Below are positions 11,583 to 24,513 of a stretch of DNA of 64,000 nt, in pieces (positions within the stretch are counted from its first letter, which is position 1; every line of letters begins with the position of its first letter). A program made the position numbers and the translations under genes. This DNA is from Octopus sinensis (taxonomy: Eukaryota): positions 17,298,001-17,362,000 of the forward strand of contig NC_043013.1 in NCBI RefSeq assembly GCF_006345805.1. Direction: 5' to 3'. The notes under the pieces were generated by a model. That model worked only from the letters and a program-made list of their open reading frames with translations. It was not told the DNA's origin and ran no database searches.

Positions 11583-11815
11583 AAGGCGGCAAGCTGGCAG
11601 AATCGTTAGAACGCCGGGTGAAATGCTTAGCGGTATTTCGTCTGCCGTTACATTCTGAGTTCAAATTCCACTGGGGTCGACTTTGCTTTTCATTCTTTCG
11701 GGGTCGATTAAATAAGTACCAGTTACGCACTGGGGTCGATGTAATCGACTTAATCCGCGTGTCTGTCCTTGTTTGTCCCCTCTTTGTTTAGCCCCTTGTG
11801 GGCAATAAAGAAATA
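11583..11815 (+). mobile_element. Family-A SINE
   Basis: Complete head to tail (AAGGCGGCAAGCTGGCAGAATCGTTAG...AATAAAGAAATA). Confidence 0.9.
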
Positions 11816-11853
11816 AGAAACCGTGGAAACACAAACGTATATTTTGTGTGTGC

Positions 11854-11889
<36 letters not shown>

Positions 11890-12920
11890 GACTGCTTTAC
11901 AATCAGTGTTAGTTTGTTTATGTCCCCATAATATAGTAGTTCAGCATAAGAAACTGACAGATTAAGCACCAGGTTTTTAAAAAAATAACTACCAGGTAAT
12001 GCCCAAGCGTGTCTCCTTGTCTGGAGATCATGCAATAATAAAATAGCTACTTGTAAAATACTGGAGAGGATTTAATTTATTATACCTCCTTAACAGTCTT
12101 GATAAGTATTAGAAAGTTAATAAAAATATTCAGCTGGTGTCTAATCAAAAGTAATCATTATAATTAATAGTTAATTACTTGGGGCTTCTCAACACTGAGG
12201 TAGCTTGTGACATCACTAAGTTGTCTCCCTTCACTTTTGAAAGATTACACGTATCCATTATATTAGTTGAGAAGAGAGCCAACTGAAGCTTCTTAATAAA
12301 TACCAAATTACAGTCAAGGAGAACTTTGTGAATTATATTCACTCTCCAGGTACTCCAGTGTGGCTGTAAAACTTGGGGCCTGCATATCACAATAGAAGCA
12401 TTCAGTTTTCAATGTTTTCCATTTCCACAGCCTGAACAATACTTGACCTCACCTGGAAAAACCATCTCTCAAAACACAAACGACACCTCTCCACATGCTA
12501 TCTGTGGTGTACAACAGATATTTGTCAACCAAATAATGTAAATTTATGCTCAGCTAATGGTCTTTAGCTCTAGGTTTGCATGGACCGAGCTGACCTATGA
12601 CACAAAACTTCCCAACCATGATCACTACTGCTTTTATCTGGACACAGTGCATCCACAACCACATTATCCAATAGGTATGAGATGATAGGGCGTGATCTGA
12701 GATTTGGTTGCTATTTCTAGCTAGTCAAGCTACCACTGAAAGACCTTTTCTCTTCGTTGTTCAATTGAGTTTGTGTCAAGTAGATACAGTGACAAAAAGC
12801 CTCACAGTAAAGATATCCTGAAATGGGTCCTCAATCATAATAAATGCTTATGACAATAAACAAATGGTAAACTGCAACAATAAAGAGATATATAATGTAT
12901 CTCAGATAAATATATATATA

Positions 12921-13260
12921 GGCGCAGGAGTGGCTGTGTGGTAAGTAGCTTGCTTACCAACCACATGGTTCTGGGTTCAGTCCCACTGCATGGCACCTTG
13001 GGTAAGTGTCTTCTACTATAGTCTCAGGCCGACCAAAGCCATGGGCTTCTTCTAGATGGAAACTAGAAGAAGCTCGTCATATGTATGTGTGTTTGCCCCC
13101 CCCCCCCCAACATCGCTTGACAACCGATGGTGGTGTGTTTATGTCCCTGTAACTTAGCAGTTCGGCAAAACAGACGGATAGAAATAAGTCCTGGGGTCGA
13201 TTTCCTCGACTAAAGGCGGTGCTCCAGCATGGCTGCAGTGAAATGACTGAAACAAGTGAA
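12921..13260 (+). mobile_element. Full-length CORE-type SINE (family B; OR-like octopus SINE) with LINE-derived 3' tail
   Basis: tRNA-like head GGCGCAGGAGTGGCTGTGTGGTAAG...GGGTTCAGTCCC, CORE-like GCACCTTGGGTAAGTGTCTT and tail GGCGGTGCTCCAGCATGGCTGCAGTGAAATGACTGAAAC. Partial copies at about 3390, 11385, 16860, 22080, 22640, 48060, 50010, 57585 and 59245. Confidence 0.85.
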
Positions 13261-13304
13261 GAGAGTAAATAGTATATATATACATATATTTATATATATG
13301 CAAA

Positions 13305-13757
13305 TGCCAGCCTCATCTGGCACCTGTGTCGGTGGCACATAAAAACACCATCCGAGCGTGACCGTCTGCCAGCCTCGTCTGGCACCTGTGTCGGTGGCAC
13401 ATAAAACACCATCCGAGCGTGGCCGTCTGCCAGCCTCGTCTGGCACCTGTGTCGGTGGCACATAAAAAACACCATCCGAGCGTGGCCGTCTGCCAGCCTC
13501 GTCTGGCACCTGTGTCGGTGGCACATAAAAAACACATCCGAGCGTGGCCGTTTGTCAGCCTCGTCTGGCACCTGTGTCGGTGGCACATAAAATCACCCAC
13601 TACACTCTCGGAGTGGTTGGCGTTAGGAAGGGCATCCAGCTGTAGAAACACTGCCAGATCTGACTGGACTGGTGCAGCTTTCGGGCTCCCCAGACCCCAG
13701 TTGAACCGTCCAACCCATGCTAGCATGGAGAGCGGACGTTAAATGATGATGATGATG
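13305..13757 (+). mobile_element. 5'-truncated RTE 3' UTR with a 61-63 bp unit amplified about 4.7 times, (ATG)n tail
   Basis: Units start at 13305, 13367, 13428, 13491 and 13553 and are near-identical. They are followed by the RTE tail and GATGATGATG. Confidence 0.9.
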
Positions 13758-13828
13758 ATGATGATTATATGTAATATAATATATATACACCACACTTCTC
13801 TCTTCAAAATGTGTAGTACACATCTTAC

Positions 13829-14312
<484 letters not shown>

Positions 14313-14366
14313 ACTGCATATGCCTGGGAAGGTAACTTTCTAGGTGCAATCCCACAGGGGCTCTCA

Positions 14367-14436
<70 letters not shown>

Positions 14437-14825
14437 ATGTATACATATATATGTATGTATACATATATATGTATGTATACATATATATGTAATATATATA
14501 TAAAATTAGTGTACATTTAAACACAAGAGAGGTGACAACTAACAGGCAGCTTTACATGGTAGAAGTAGCAGTCAAAACAACCACAACCACATTTAAGAGC
14601 AATTTCGAAGTGAATGAAAAATAAAAACTTTTACCTTGTTTTTTCACAAGCAAGGTTTCAATCGGCAATTACATAGATAGTAAGACAGATAGGTAGAGGG
14701 AAAGAGAGAAAGGGTATCCACCTTCTTATTAACCATTCATATATATAGACGTGTATATATATATATATATATATACATACATGCATGCATACATACACAT
14801 AAATACATATACACATATATACTTC

Positions 14826-16135
14826 CAGTATGATTATGGTATAGAAGCAATCGCCTTCTGGCTAGAAAAAGTACATAGAAGAGATCCCAGGATGCATCAA
14901 TCACAGATTCATAATAGCACCACTGAAATTCGCCCTACTGAACAACTATTTCATGTTCGATACAGTTTACTATCGACAAAAATGTGGAATTGCAATGGGA
15001 ACTTGAGCTGCTCCAGTCATTGCAAACCTTGTAATGGGTTTCCTAGAACTTAAAATATACCCATCATCACTACAAAAAGATGGCACCTCATTTCATTGCT
15101 ATTTCAAGGAGAACTGGAAGAGTTATTTAGATGATTGTTTTATACTTTGGAAAGATAGCATAGACAAACTCCTTGATTTCAAAATAATGCTCAACAATAT
15201 CAATAGCAATAAACAACTTCCTTTTCTTGACATCCTAATTAAAATAGTCAATAATCACATTGAAACAGACATCTTCTATAAACCCACAGATTCAAAACAA
15301 TACCTATTATTGAACTCATGCTACCCCAAACACATGAAACTTAATATACCTAATAATCTAATGAAAAGAATCTGTACCATAGTTTTGGACACCAATACTC
15401 ATGAACGAAGACTCCTTGAACTCAGATCAATACTAATCAAGAGACATTAACCAACATCATTAATAAATGTTGAGATTAAACAAGCAAAGGAAATAGACAT
15501 ACGATCATTAAAGGAAGACAACCGGAATACTACACCAGACTTAAAAATACTCACATACATCTCCCCACACAACCCTACAAACAATGAGGCCTTCAAAATT
15601 ATCATCCAAAATCTACCCATCATTACAGGAGATAAAATAATGAACAAAATTTTAGGCTCACATAAAATTATCAAGAGCAAAATGCAACCAAAATCATTGA
15701 AAAATATATTAACCAATGCAAGACTATATCCATTAACAACAACCAAAAGTGAAAAAATGCGGTTGGCCTAATTTGGAGGATACAGAGTTCCACATTAAAC
15801 AAGGTGAAATATTTAAGATAAAATCAAATTTCACCTGTGCCTCAGAAAACCTAATCTATGCCATCACCTGCTTAGGGTGCAGTAATCACTATTATTGGCC
15901 AAACAGGAATGTTACTCTGTCAAAGAAAACTCTGCACAAAGAACAAATCCGCTACCCACAATACAGACAGTTACAGCTCAGTGAACACATAGAAAGGTGT
16001 GCTAGGAATCTTAATCTTAACTTCCAAATGCTTCCTTTATACCAATGTTCACAGAACACTTCAGTTAAGCAAAAAATGAATAAAGAAGCAACCTTCGTCA
16101 ATAAATATCATCCACAACTCAACATGAACACATAA
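14826..16135 (+). pseudogene. Decayed Penelope-like element: RT plus GIY-YIG endonuclease
   Basis: YRQKCGIAMGT..APVIANLVMG, YLDDCFILW, LPFLDI, FYKPTDSKQYL (PLE RT). Then FTCASENLIYAITCLGC...LSEHIERC...(K)YHPQLN (GIY-YIG region). Stops and frameshifts present. Confidence 0.92.
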
Positions 16136-19078
16136 TATAGAACACTACTAACCTTACCATTAATACCACTAATTCCCATACATTCCATACACCATTCATA
16201 TTATAGTATTACATCTACCCTAATTGCACCACTCCCAGAACAACTTACCTCCTTGCATATAATCTTTTTACTGAGAGACTAGTAGACTTGACACTGGTAA
16301 TCAGTGCACATTCAAAGCCAGTGAACAGCAATTGACAAAACCGGTATGACTGAATCCCTTTAACAATTCAAAATAATGACTTTTATTCCTCTTAGTTCTA
16401 CCTCAGTTCTTCAAATTGTTTATATTTATCGTTACTTTTCATAAAAAAGCCTTAATTTTTTTTACATCCAGAAAAACGAGATATGAATTAATGTTTGGCC
16501 AGTACAATTCGTACAAATGAAAAAAGATGAGTTAAAGGAAATAACTCAAATAGGCCATGGCATGAATTTGAATAAATTAGTTAAAAGGGTTCAATTTCTG
16601 CTTGTTTTAACAAAGGTTTTTCTCTATTAAGAACAGTTAGACAAATATATAATTGAATAATTGTTTTACAGCTGAATGGCTTTCTTGTCACTAATCCTTA
16701 CCTGTTTTCAAGTAAGAGATCTCTTATTCGACATATCTTCAAAACCACAAAACCAGTGAACAATCAATTGACAAAAAAAAAATGTAACTGCTTGTAGCAA
16801 AGTGATCTTCAGAGAAACACAAATGTAAACAAACACACACACATACAATAATCTTCCTTGAGATTCTGTCTGCCAAACCTATTTACAAGGCTTTGGTCAG
16901 CCCAGAGTTATGAGAGACACTTGCAAAAGGTGCTGCGCAGTGGGACTGAACATGAAACCATATAGTTGGGAAGTAAACTTCTTAACCATATAGCTATGCT
17001 TGCACTTAATTATTAAGACAGAGTTTCCTTGTCAGACAGGCTGAGGCTGTTGAAATAACCAACAAAACCATCACTTGATAAGAGATTATATCACACTGTT
17101 TGTCATAATCACTATCCTCAACATCTTGGATAAAACAACTTGCAAATAAGGTTAGTCAATTGTAAACCACAAGGTTTCATTATTCTTGTCACTATGAACA
17201 CTACTCTGGGGCAGCAACTAGGTAGAACTACAGTGAAACCATTTTAGCTGTTACAATTTCCATTATTCTCAGGTGGCAAAAGTATAGAACTGTGTGATGT
17301 TACTATCAACACGACTCTGAAAAGACAAATAGGTAGAACTAACAAAATGCTGTGGGTGGGCTGAATACTCTGTGACCACCTCACACTTTTCCTATGTACA
17401 TGGAACTCAGAACTACAGTCTCCAATGAGAACTTTTTTAAAGATGACACAGTGTGATATAAGGGAAATTTAGCTGCCATTTCTAGCTGATTAAGTAACCA
17501 TGTAGATTATCTGGTTGGCTTTTAGCAGCATGATAGAAGTAGCTGTGTATTACTGCTGTTGGTGTTGTCGTTATTTACATTGTCCCAGGGTGGCAACTTG
17601 ATAGAAAACTCTAAAATTCACCAAACTCTATTAACCCTAATCAACCATCAATCTCCCCACCTGTTACACTGACGAGTACGGAGGACGACTGCTCAGAAGA
17701 AAACAAAAACTCTTCAGCCATGCACCAAACAACTCCATTGTTCATACTGTTTGGATGAGAAAGCTGGAAGAGCATAAGACGGAACGACCTGGTGGTAGAT
17801 AGAAGCATTTCAGTGCTCAAGTTGATTTTGCTTTTCATTCCTCAAACGATAAATGGTTGATAATTATCAGCTGTGAACTATGGTTCAATTGGATTACACT
17901 CACCCTCAAAACTTCTGGCATTATACCTAGGTTAGAAACGAGCCGGCAGAATCTTCAGCATGCCAGACAAAACACTTAGCAATATTTCATCCATCTTTAC
18001 GTTCTGAGTTCAAATTACACATGGGTTGACTTTGCCTTTCATCCTTTCAGAGTCAATAAAATAAGTACCAGTTGAACACTGGGGTCGATCTAATTGTCTT
18101 GTTCCCCCGAAATTGCTGGCCTTCTGCTAAAATTTGAAATCCTTATTTAATGTAAAAGGTTGGCAAAGTGGATGAATCAGAGGGCCATAAAGAAATTATT
18201 TTAAACCTAGAGTTCACATCCTGCTTGGGTTAATCGCATTTCATCCTCTTTGGGCTGACTAAGACAACTAGACTACCCTCTCTACAACATTATAATTTTG
18301 TTAAACAATGTTTAAAATCATTATTTAATGCAAGTGTTCACAATATCATGAGACCTGCCACTTTTATGACTATAGGCTACTAAACAAATGACCCAATGTT
18401 CAAATCCTATCAAAAGAGCTATGCCCTCACCATCATCTTTGTTTCATGCTGGTATGGATTAGACAGGATCCAACAGATTCAAGGAATGCATCACGTTCCA
18501 CTGTCTATAGCTGGATGTTCTGCCTAACACCAACCACTTTACAGCATGTACTGGTTGCTTTTTATGTGCCACCAGCACCAATGAGGTTGCCATGCAGCTT
18601 GCAAGACTATGGGCCTCAGGATCTTCGCTGGTCGACCAGCAAAGATTGTGGAATCACAAAATATGCACATGCTGTGGATCTTTAAATGTTCCTAATGCTG
18701 TGGTTCATGTATTCATCCAAAGAAAAGTCTTTTGTAATGGTATAATGTACCCATTCATCAATCAATTAAAAAGTTCGCTGGAAACAGCTATAACGAACTG
18801 ACACCTATCCATCATTTGTTATCTATTTATGATTTACCTCTCTCAGAACCTGTTCCTTGTGTGTTCTGAAGTATATTATGGGATGTATATTTAGTACAAT
18901 ATGTGTATCTGGATTAGCCCAAAGCTGATAATATATCCAGTTAGGTTCAATTAATTGTGTATATAACCAGAATATCTTTCTGCCTGTACTTTGGTACCAA
19001 TGTTTGTATTCATCTATAGTTGCTGTGTATATATTTTAATTTTGACCCAACCCGGTGCCTTATTCACCTGAATCTTTA

Positions 19079-19118
<40 letters not shown>

Positions 19119-19120
19119 TA

Positions 19121-19335
19121 AGGAGGTGCTGAAAGGTTCCTGGCTTTAAGGCTATTGTGAAAAGCCTGGTTGGAGGCCCAGCCTTCTGAGTTCTTTTATA
19201 CAGGACTTAGAAAAACTGAGGGACCACTGCAACAAGTGTGTGAATCTGAGAGGAGAATATGTTGAATAAAATCATAATTAATTAACCCTCCTGTATTTTC
19301 TTTTACCCAAAACCAGGAACTTTTCAGTACCTCTT
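19121..19335 (+). mobile_element. Mariner internal-deletion derivative (MITE)
   Basis: TIRs AGGAGGTGCTGAAAGGTTCCTGG / CCAGGAACTTTTCAGTACCTCTT next to (TA)n. Retains the transposase C-terminus EKLRDHCNKCVNLRGEYVE*. Confidence 0.82.
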
Positions 19336-19559
19336 TGTGTGTGTCCTTTCAACAATGACTAAATACAACATAGTTTCATGTCCTATTCCACTGTGTGACA
19401 TCTAGGGTAACCTCCAGCTTACCAATGCATTGTGAGTTAAAACTGACAGAAACTAAACAGAAGCCAGTCATCTATGGGTGTGAATGTGTACAAATGTTTA
19501 TTACCACATCTTCACATTGCACCATCTGGGTGTTAGTGATGTTATTTATGTCTCTTCAT

Positions 19560-20300
19560 CATCATTTAACGTCCTTTGTCCATGATGGCATGGGTTGGAT
19601 GGTTTGACTGGGCTGGCACATTGGAAGTCTGTATCAGGATCCAGTCTGATTTGGCAGGGTTTTCTACGGCCGAATGTCCTTCCTAACGCCAACCACCCCG
19701 AGAGTGTAATGAGTACTTTTATGTGCCACTTGTGTGACACCAGTATCTGCATAACTGCAATTTTACTCGGCTTGATGGGTATTCTTCTCAAGCACCACAA
19801 TGTCAAAGGTCTTGGTCATTGCTTCCATGAGGCTCAACACACAAAAGAAGCTTGGTCACTTTGCCTCCATGAGGCCCAACACTTGAAAGGAACTCAGCCA
19901 CCTCCTCTCCATGAGGCCCAACACACAAAAGGAACTCAGCCACTTTGCCTCTGTGAGGCCCAATGCCTGAAAGGAACTCAGCCTCTTTGTCTCTGTCAGC
20001 CCCAACACTTGAAAGGTACTCAGCTACTTTGCCTCTGTGAGGCCCAATGTTCAAAGGTTGATCCTTTTTTACCAGCATGGGTGCACTTGGCTTGATGGGT
20101 CCGCTTAAGCAGAGCACATCACCAAAGGTCTCGGTCACATAACACCCAGTATGCTCTGGAAAGTGGTTGGTGTTAGGAAGGGCATCCAGCTATACAAACC
20201 ATGATAAAACAAATGGAGCCCAGGCAGCTCTCCATCTGGCCAACTCCAGTTAAACCATCCAGCCCATGCCAGCATGAAGAACAGGCGTTAAAAGATGATG
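19560..20300. repeat. Two oppositely oriented RTE 3' tails flanking a 42-bp tandem array (about 6 copies)
   Basis: Minus-oriented tail at 19560-19720, plus-oriented tail at 20150-20300. Unit ACTTTGCCTC(C/T)(A/G)TGAGGCCCAACACTTGAAAGGAACTCAGCC at about 19817-20056. Confidence 0.8.
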
Positions 20301-20741
20301 ATATAGACACACACATAATTAGATGTGTACCTATATATATATTTACACACACAAACATGCAGTCAGATATATGTACTTAGGCATAGGCATATAATCACTT
20401 TGCAACCTTGTAGTTGAGGCATTGCATAGGCTATTGACTGTTGCCCTCTACTGTAGATACGAGCCGAGCAATGCCTTGAGAGTGCAATTTGCAGATGAAA
20501 GCTATAAGAAACCAGTTGTGTGTGTGTGTGTGTGCGCGTGTGTGTACATTCGCTTTGGCTTAATGTGTTAAGTGGAAACAAGTCATTATTTATACCGATA
20601 GTAACATTTGTTTATCATTCTCCTTGGAAACATGTCTGGCCATTGTTGAAAGGACAGATTGGACTGGTATCTACAGGGTTTGGAAGAATAGAAAACAATC
20701 TAGAAGTATCAAGATATAAGGCCTTGTTGCTTTCCTTGTGC

Positions 20742-21165
20742 GACTTGACTTGACTTCACTTGAGTCAGCATTCACCCAGGGTGGGTTGAGCTGGCTTCAT
20801 TCATCCTCAATGCTGCATCTCTCACAAATGCCGACCAGACCTGGCGATTTGAGGCAAACGGCCGCGTGATCTCCAGCCACTCCTTATTCCAGCGGCAAAC
20901 ACCGTAGATATGGGGGCCTAGGTTGGGTTCCAGATCAGCCTTGACTGTCATCAGCCAGGTTTTTCGTTGTCCACCACATCACTTTCGCCAACCCTGAAGT
21001 GGAGCTGGGGCAATTGCTTCATAGATGAATTCTCCTGGTTGACGACGGAGGGCATGACCCAGCCAACGCAGACGTCTCGTTAGGATGACTTGTCGGAGGG
21101 AGGTGATTCTGCACTGGTGTCGCACCAAATTGTTGGAGACAAAGTGATGCCATCGGACATTTCCT
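20742..21165 (-). pseudogene. RTE-clade LINE 3' end (second RTE family)
   Basis: RRLRWLGHALRR...GGQRKTWLMTVKADLEP..G...YG..RWNKEWL...ASNRQVWSAFVRD, then a TCAAG-type short repeat tail. Confidence 0.85.
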
Positions 21166-24100
21166 TGTGTGAAATATAATCTTAGTATATCTGCATTATT
21201 GTTATCATTTCCAGTAACACTAATCACCTTATTAAGCTCTTCTAATAACCAGAAGAGTAGGTTACCTGGACGGGTACACATTGTAGTGAACAACATCAAT
21301 TCAACACTATTTCTGAGATTTGTGACCAGCCCTTGTCACCCATCACCTTGCAGTGTAACATTTCAAATACATCACTTGGATTACTGGTCACTGCAAATAT
21401 ATAAAACTTTACATGATTAGTATATGTGCAGTAATAAACCAGGAGATAACATACCTAATGACTAGCTGTTAGGTGCAGAACAACAAAAACATGGCTGATT
21501 CTTAAAGATTTCCTGAGCCTTGATTCAGGTCAGACAGTTATAGCCTAGCATGAACTATAAAACACCAACACCACTACCACTCCACTATTACAATAATCAC
21601 TTCTAACTTTGACCACAAATGATAGAGAGCAGTATAAAGTGACTATCACTCCTTAAACTTCTGAAAATCAACCACATTATTTTAAGGTGATGGCTATGGC
21701 AGGATTTGAACTCAGATCATAAAAGATCGAAAATTACACACTGCAAAGGATTTTGTCAGTGGCTCCACCGACAGTACAATTCTATACCCCTTGTCATAAT
21801 ATTATCATTATTTGTTGTGGGTTCAGTTCCATGGCACAGTTCCTTGGGCAAGTATCTTCTTTTGAGGCTGACTAACACATTATGAGTGAACTTGGTAGAC
21901 AGAAAGTGTGTGGAAATTTTCCTGTGTATGTACGTGTGTGTATATACACAGGAAAAATAGAATTCAAAATATGAGTATATGTATATTTTTATGAATATTT
22001 AGAAGCAACAGTGTGACTCAAGGTCTGAGAGTTTTGTGCATTGGCATGAATAAATATTAATAAAAAATGTATTTTGCTTGCTTCCCAACCACATGGTTCT
22101 GAGTTCAGTCCCCCTGTGTGACACCTTGGGCAAGTGTCTTCTACTATAGTCTCAGGCTAACCAAAGCCTTGAGTGGATTTGATAGAGAGAAACTGAAAGA
22201 AGCCCATTGTGTACATATGTGTGTGTGTGTCATTATGTCTGTTTGTCCCCTGCTACAGCTTAACAACTGGTGTTGGTGTTTGCATCCCCATAATCTAGCA
22301 GTTCAGCAAAAATGACTGATGGAATAAGTACCAGGGGGGGGGGGTCGATCTATTCTAATGATTGAAACAAGTAAAAGATAGACATTCTTTTATTTGTTTG
22401 TCATTTTACTGTGGTCATGCTGGAGCACTGCCTTAAAAGGGTTTTAGTCAAAGAAATCGACCTCAGGACTTATTCTCTGAAAGCCTAATACTTTTTCTAT
22501 CAGTCTCTTTTACCAAACTGCTAAGTTATGGGGATGTAAACATGCTAACATTGGTTGTGAAGCAATGGCGGGGGACAAACAGACACAAAGACATGAATAT
22601 ATATATATATACACCCTGATATTATTAATTATATATATAAATATGAGATTCTTTCAGTTTCTGTCTACCAAATCCACTCACAAGGCTTTGGTAGGCCTGA
22701 GGCTATAGTAGAAGAACTTGCCCAAGATGTCATGCAGTCGGACTGAACCCAGAACCATGTGGTTGGGAAGCAAGCTTCTTACCACACAGCCACGTGTGTA
22801 TCTTTATGTCTGTCCCCCACACACTGTTTGACAGTTGGTGTTGGTTTGTTTACATCCCTGTTATTTAAAAATTCAGCAAAAGTGACAGGTTAATTGTTGC
22901 CAGCCTGGCTCAACTATCATGAATAAATTTAAGCAATACTTTATTAAAGTTGGCAGAAACATTAGAACAGGGGTGTATAACACATAGCCAGTGGCAATGT
23001 TCAATCTGCTCTCTTGGCTGAATGTTACAAACAAAAATATTATTTTTATTTTAAATTATTCTGTAAAATATATATTGCTAGCACACATTCAGAGCTGTTA
23101 TTAATCCTTTACTTTGGTCCATGTTTATGAATATGGTTTTAGGAATAATTTGTCTCTATCTGGCCTGCAAGATCTAGTTTATACTTCGATCTAAACCACA
23201 AAGTCGAATCTATGCATTAGAAGTCAAATAAAAATGTTTTGCTGTAAATATTTACGGCCCTTATATTCTAAATTCAAAAAACTTAGCCCACCCTCGGAGA
23301 AAAAATTTTTCCTTTCATCCTTGAGGGCAAAATAAAGTACAAATCAAACAGTGAGATTAATTTCCATACTGAATCCTAGATGGGAATGGAATTATAATAG
23401 AAGAGACATGAACTAAATATACCATTCTAAAGGATTTCTTTAGGACCAAGACTTTAACTTAACTCTAGTTTTATGCAAATAAGAAATAAACATCTGAACA
23501 GGGGACTGTTATATATGCTAGCAAAACCCCTTGGTGGCCGGGTTCCTACTCACTGGTAAGTTAAGTATAATGCCCTAAAACAAAATAAAAAAAATGTCTC
23601 TAAAGGGTTTCAACACAAGACCTATGAACTTGTAGGATTAATACGTCGTTCAGCTATTTCACCTCTTTATGATGGAATGCTGACACAAAGCTTGGATTTA
23701 CTGCATGTAGTTCTCACTTTAAGAACGAGTGAGACTGCAAGAAAAGAGGAAAATTACATAACACAACTTGGAGCACATGACGAAGAGAACATGCATGGTT
23801 TCGCCTGCACCTGACTATACTGAAGGTGAACAAGACCAATAGAAATTCGTTGTTCGACCACCCCATTTTTCTCTCTAACATTATGATTCTGAAATTATAT
23901 TAGAACAAACCCTATTTTAATAATAAAAAATTAAGTTTAATGTATCAGTTTCTCCGAATTTAGGAACTTCACAATTGATTAATTTTTGCTGACGCAAACT
24001 ACCACATTTCTTTATACATGATATGTATATGCTTGCGTGTGTGATAGGCAGATATAATGTATATATGAAATTCTTACAAAGAAGAATGTAGTAAGTTTAT

Positions 24101-24479
24101 CGAGGCAGATATAACTGAGAGGTTGGACAAGACAGAAGCATCATCGCATCATGGAGTGATAGAATCAATTAAATTCAACAACTAAAAGAGCAAAGATCCA
24201 AAAACCACTTGCTTTAGAAAGTGTAATTTTACATTCCCCGTGGTGGACCAATAAAATCAAAAATATAGGTTAATGTTTAACCAAAACATATTCTGTTTTC
24301 TTATAGACTAGCAACAACACAAAACAATGTATACAAAAGGCCATTTTTGAGGAAATGGTAATAGCTTCATTCTATAATTTGTTTGTCACCGTAATCATTT
24401 CTTTCTCCGATAAACATGCGGGATCTTTTAATGAAGCTCTCACGTGAGACATATTAGCTTCCTTTTCTTTCTTTTTTTT

Positions 24480-24513
<34 letters not shown>

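Noticed and set aside
13305-13597. Regular 61-63 bp repeats as a CRISPR array
   Set aside because: No unique spacers, no cas genes, eukaryotic context, and the unit is part of the RTE 3' UTR.
17641-17802. Protein-like plus-strand frame (CYTDEYGGRLLRRKQKLFSHAPNNSIVH...)
   Set aside because: Stops lie immediately upstream with no usable acceptor, and I recognise no homolog.
23501-23556. GTVIYASKTPWWPG before a GTAAGT donor as a PWWP-domain exon
   Set aside because: Spacing does not fit the VWAK-x2-GYPWWP consensus, and no downstream PWWP exon was found.
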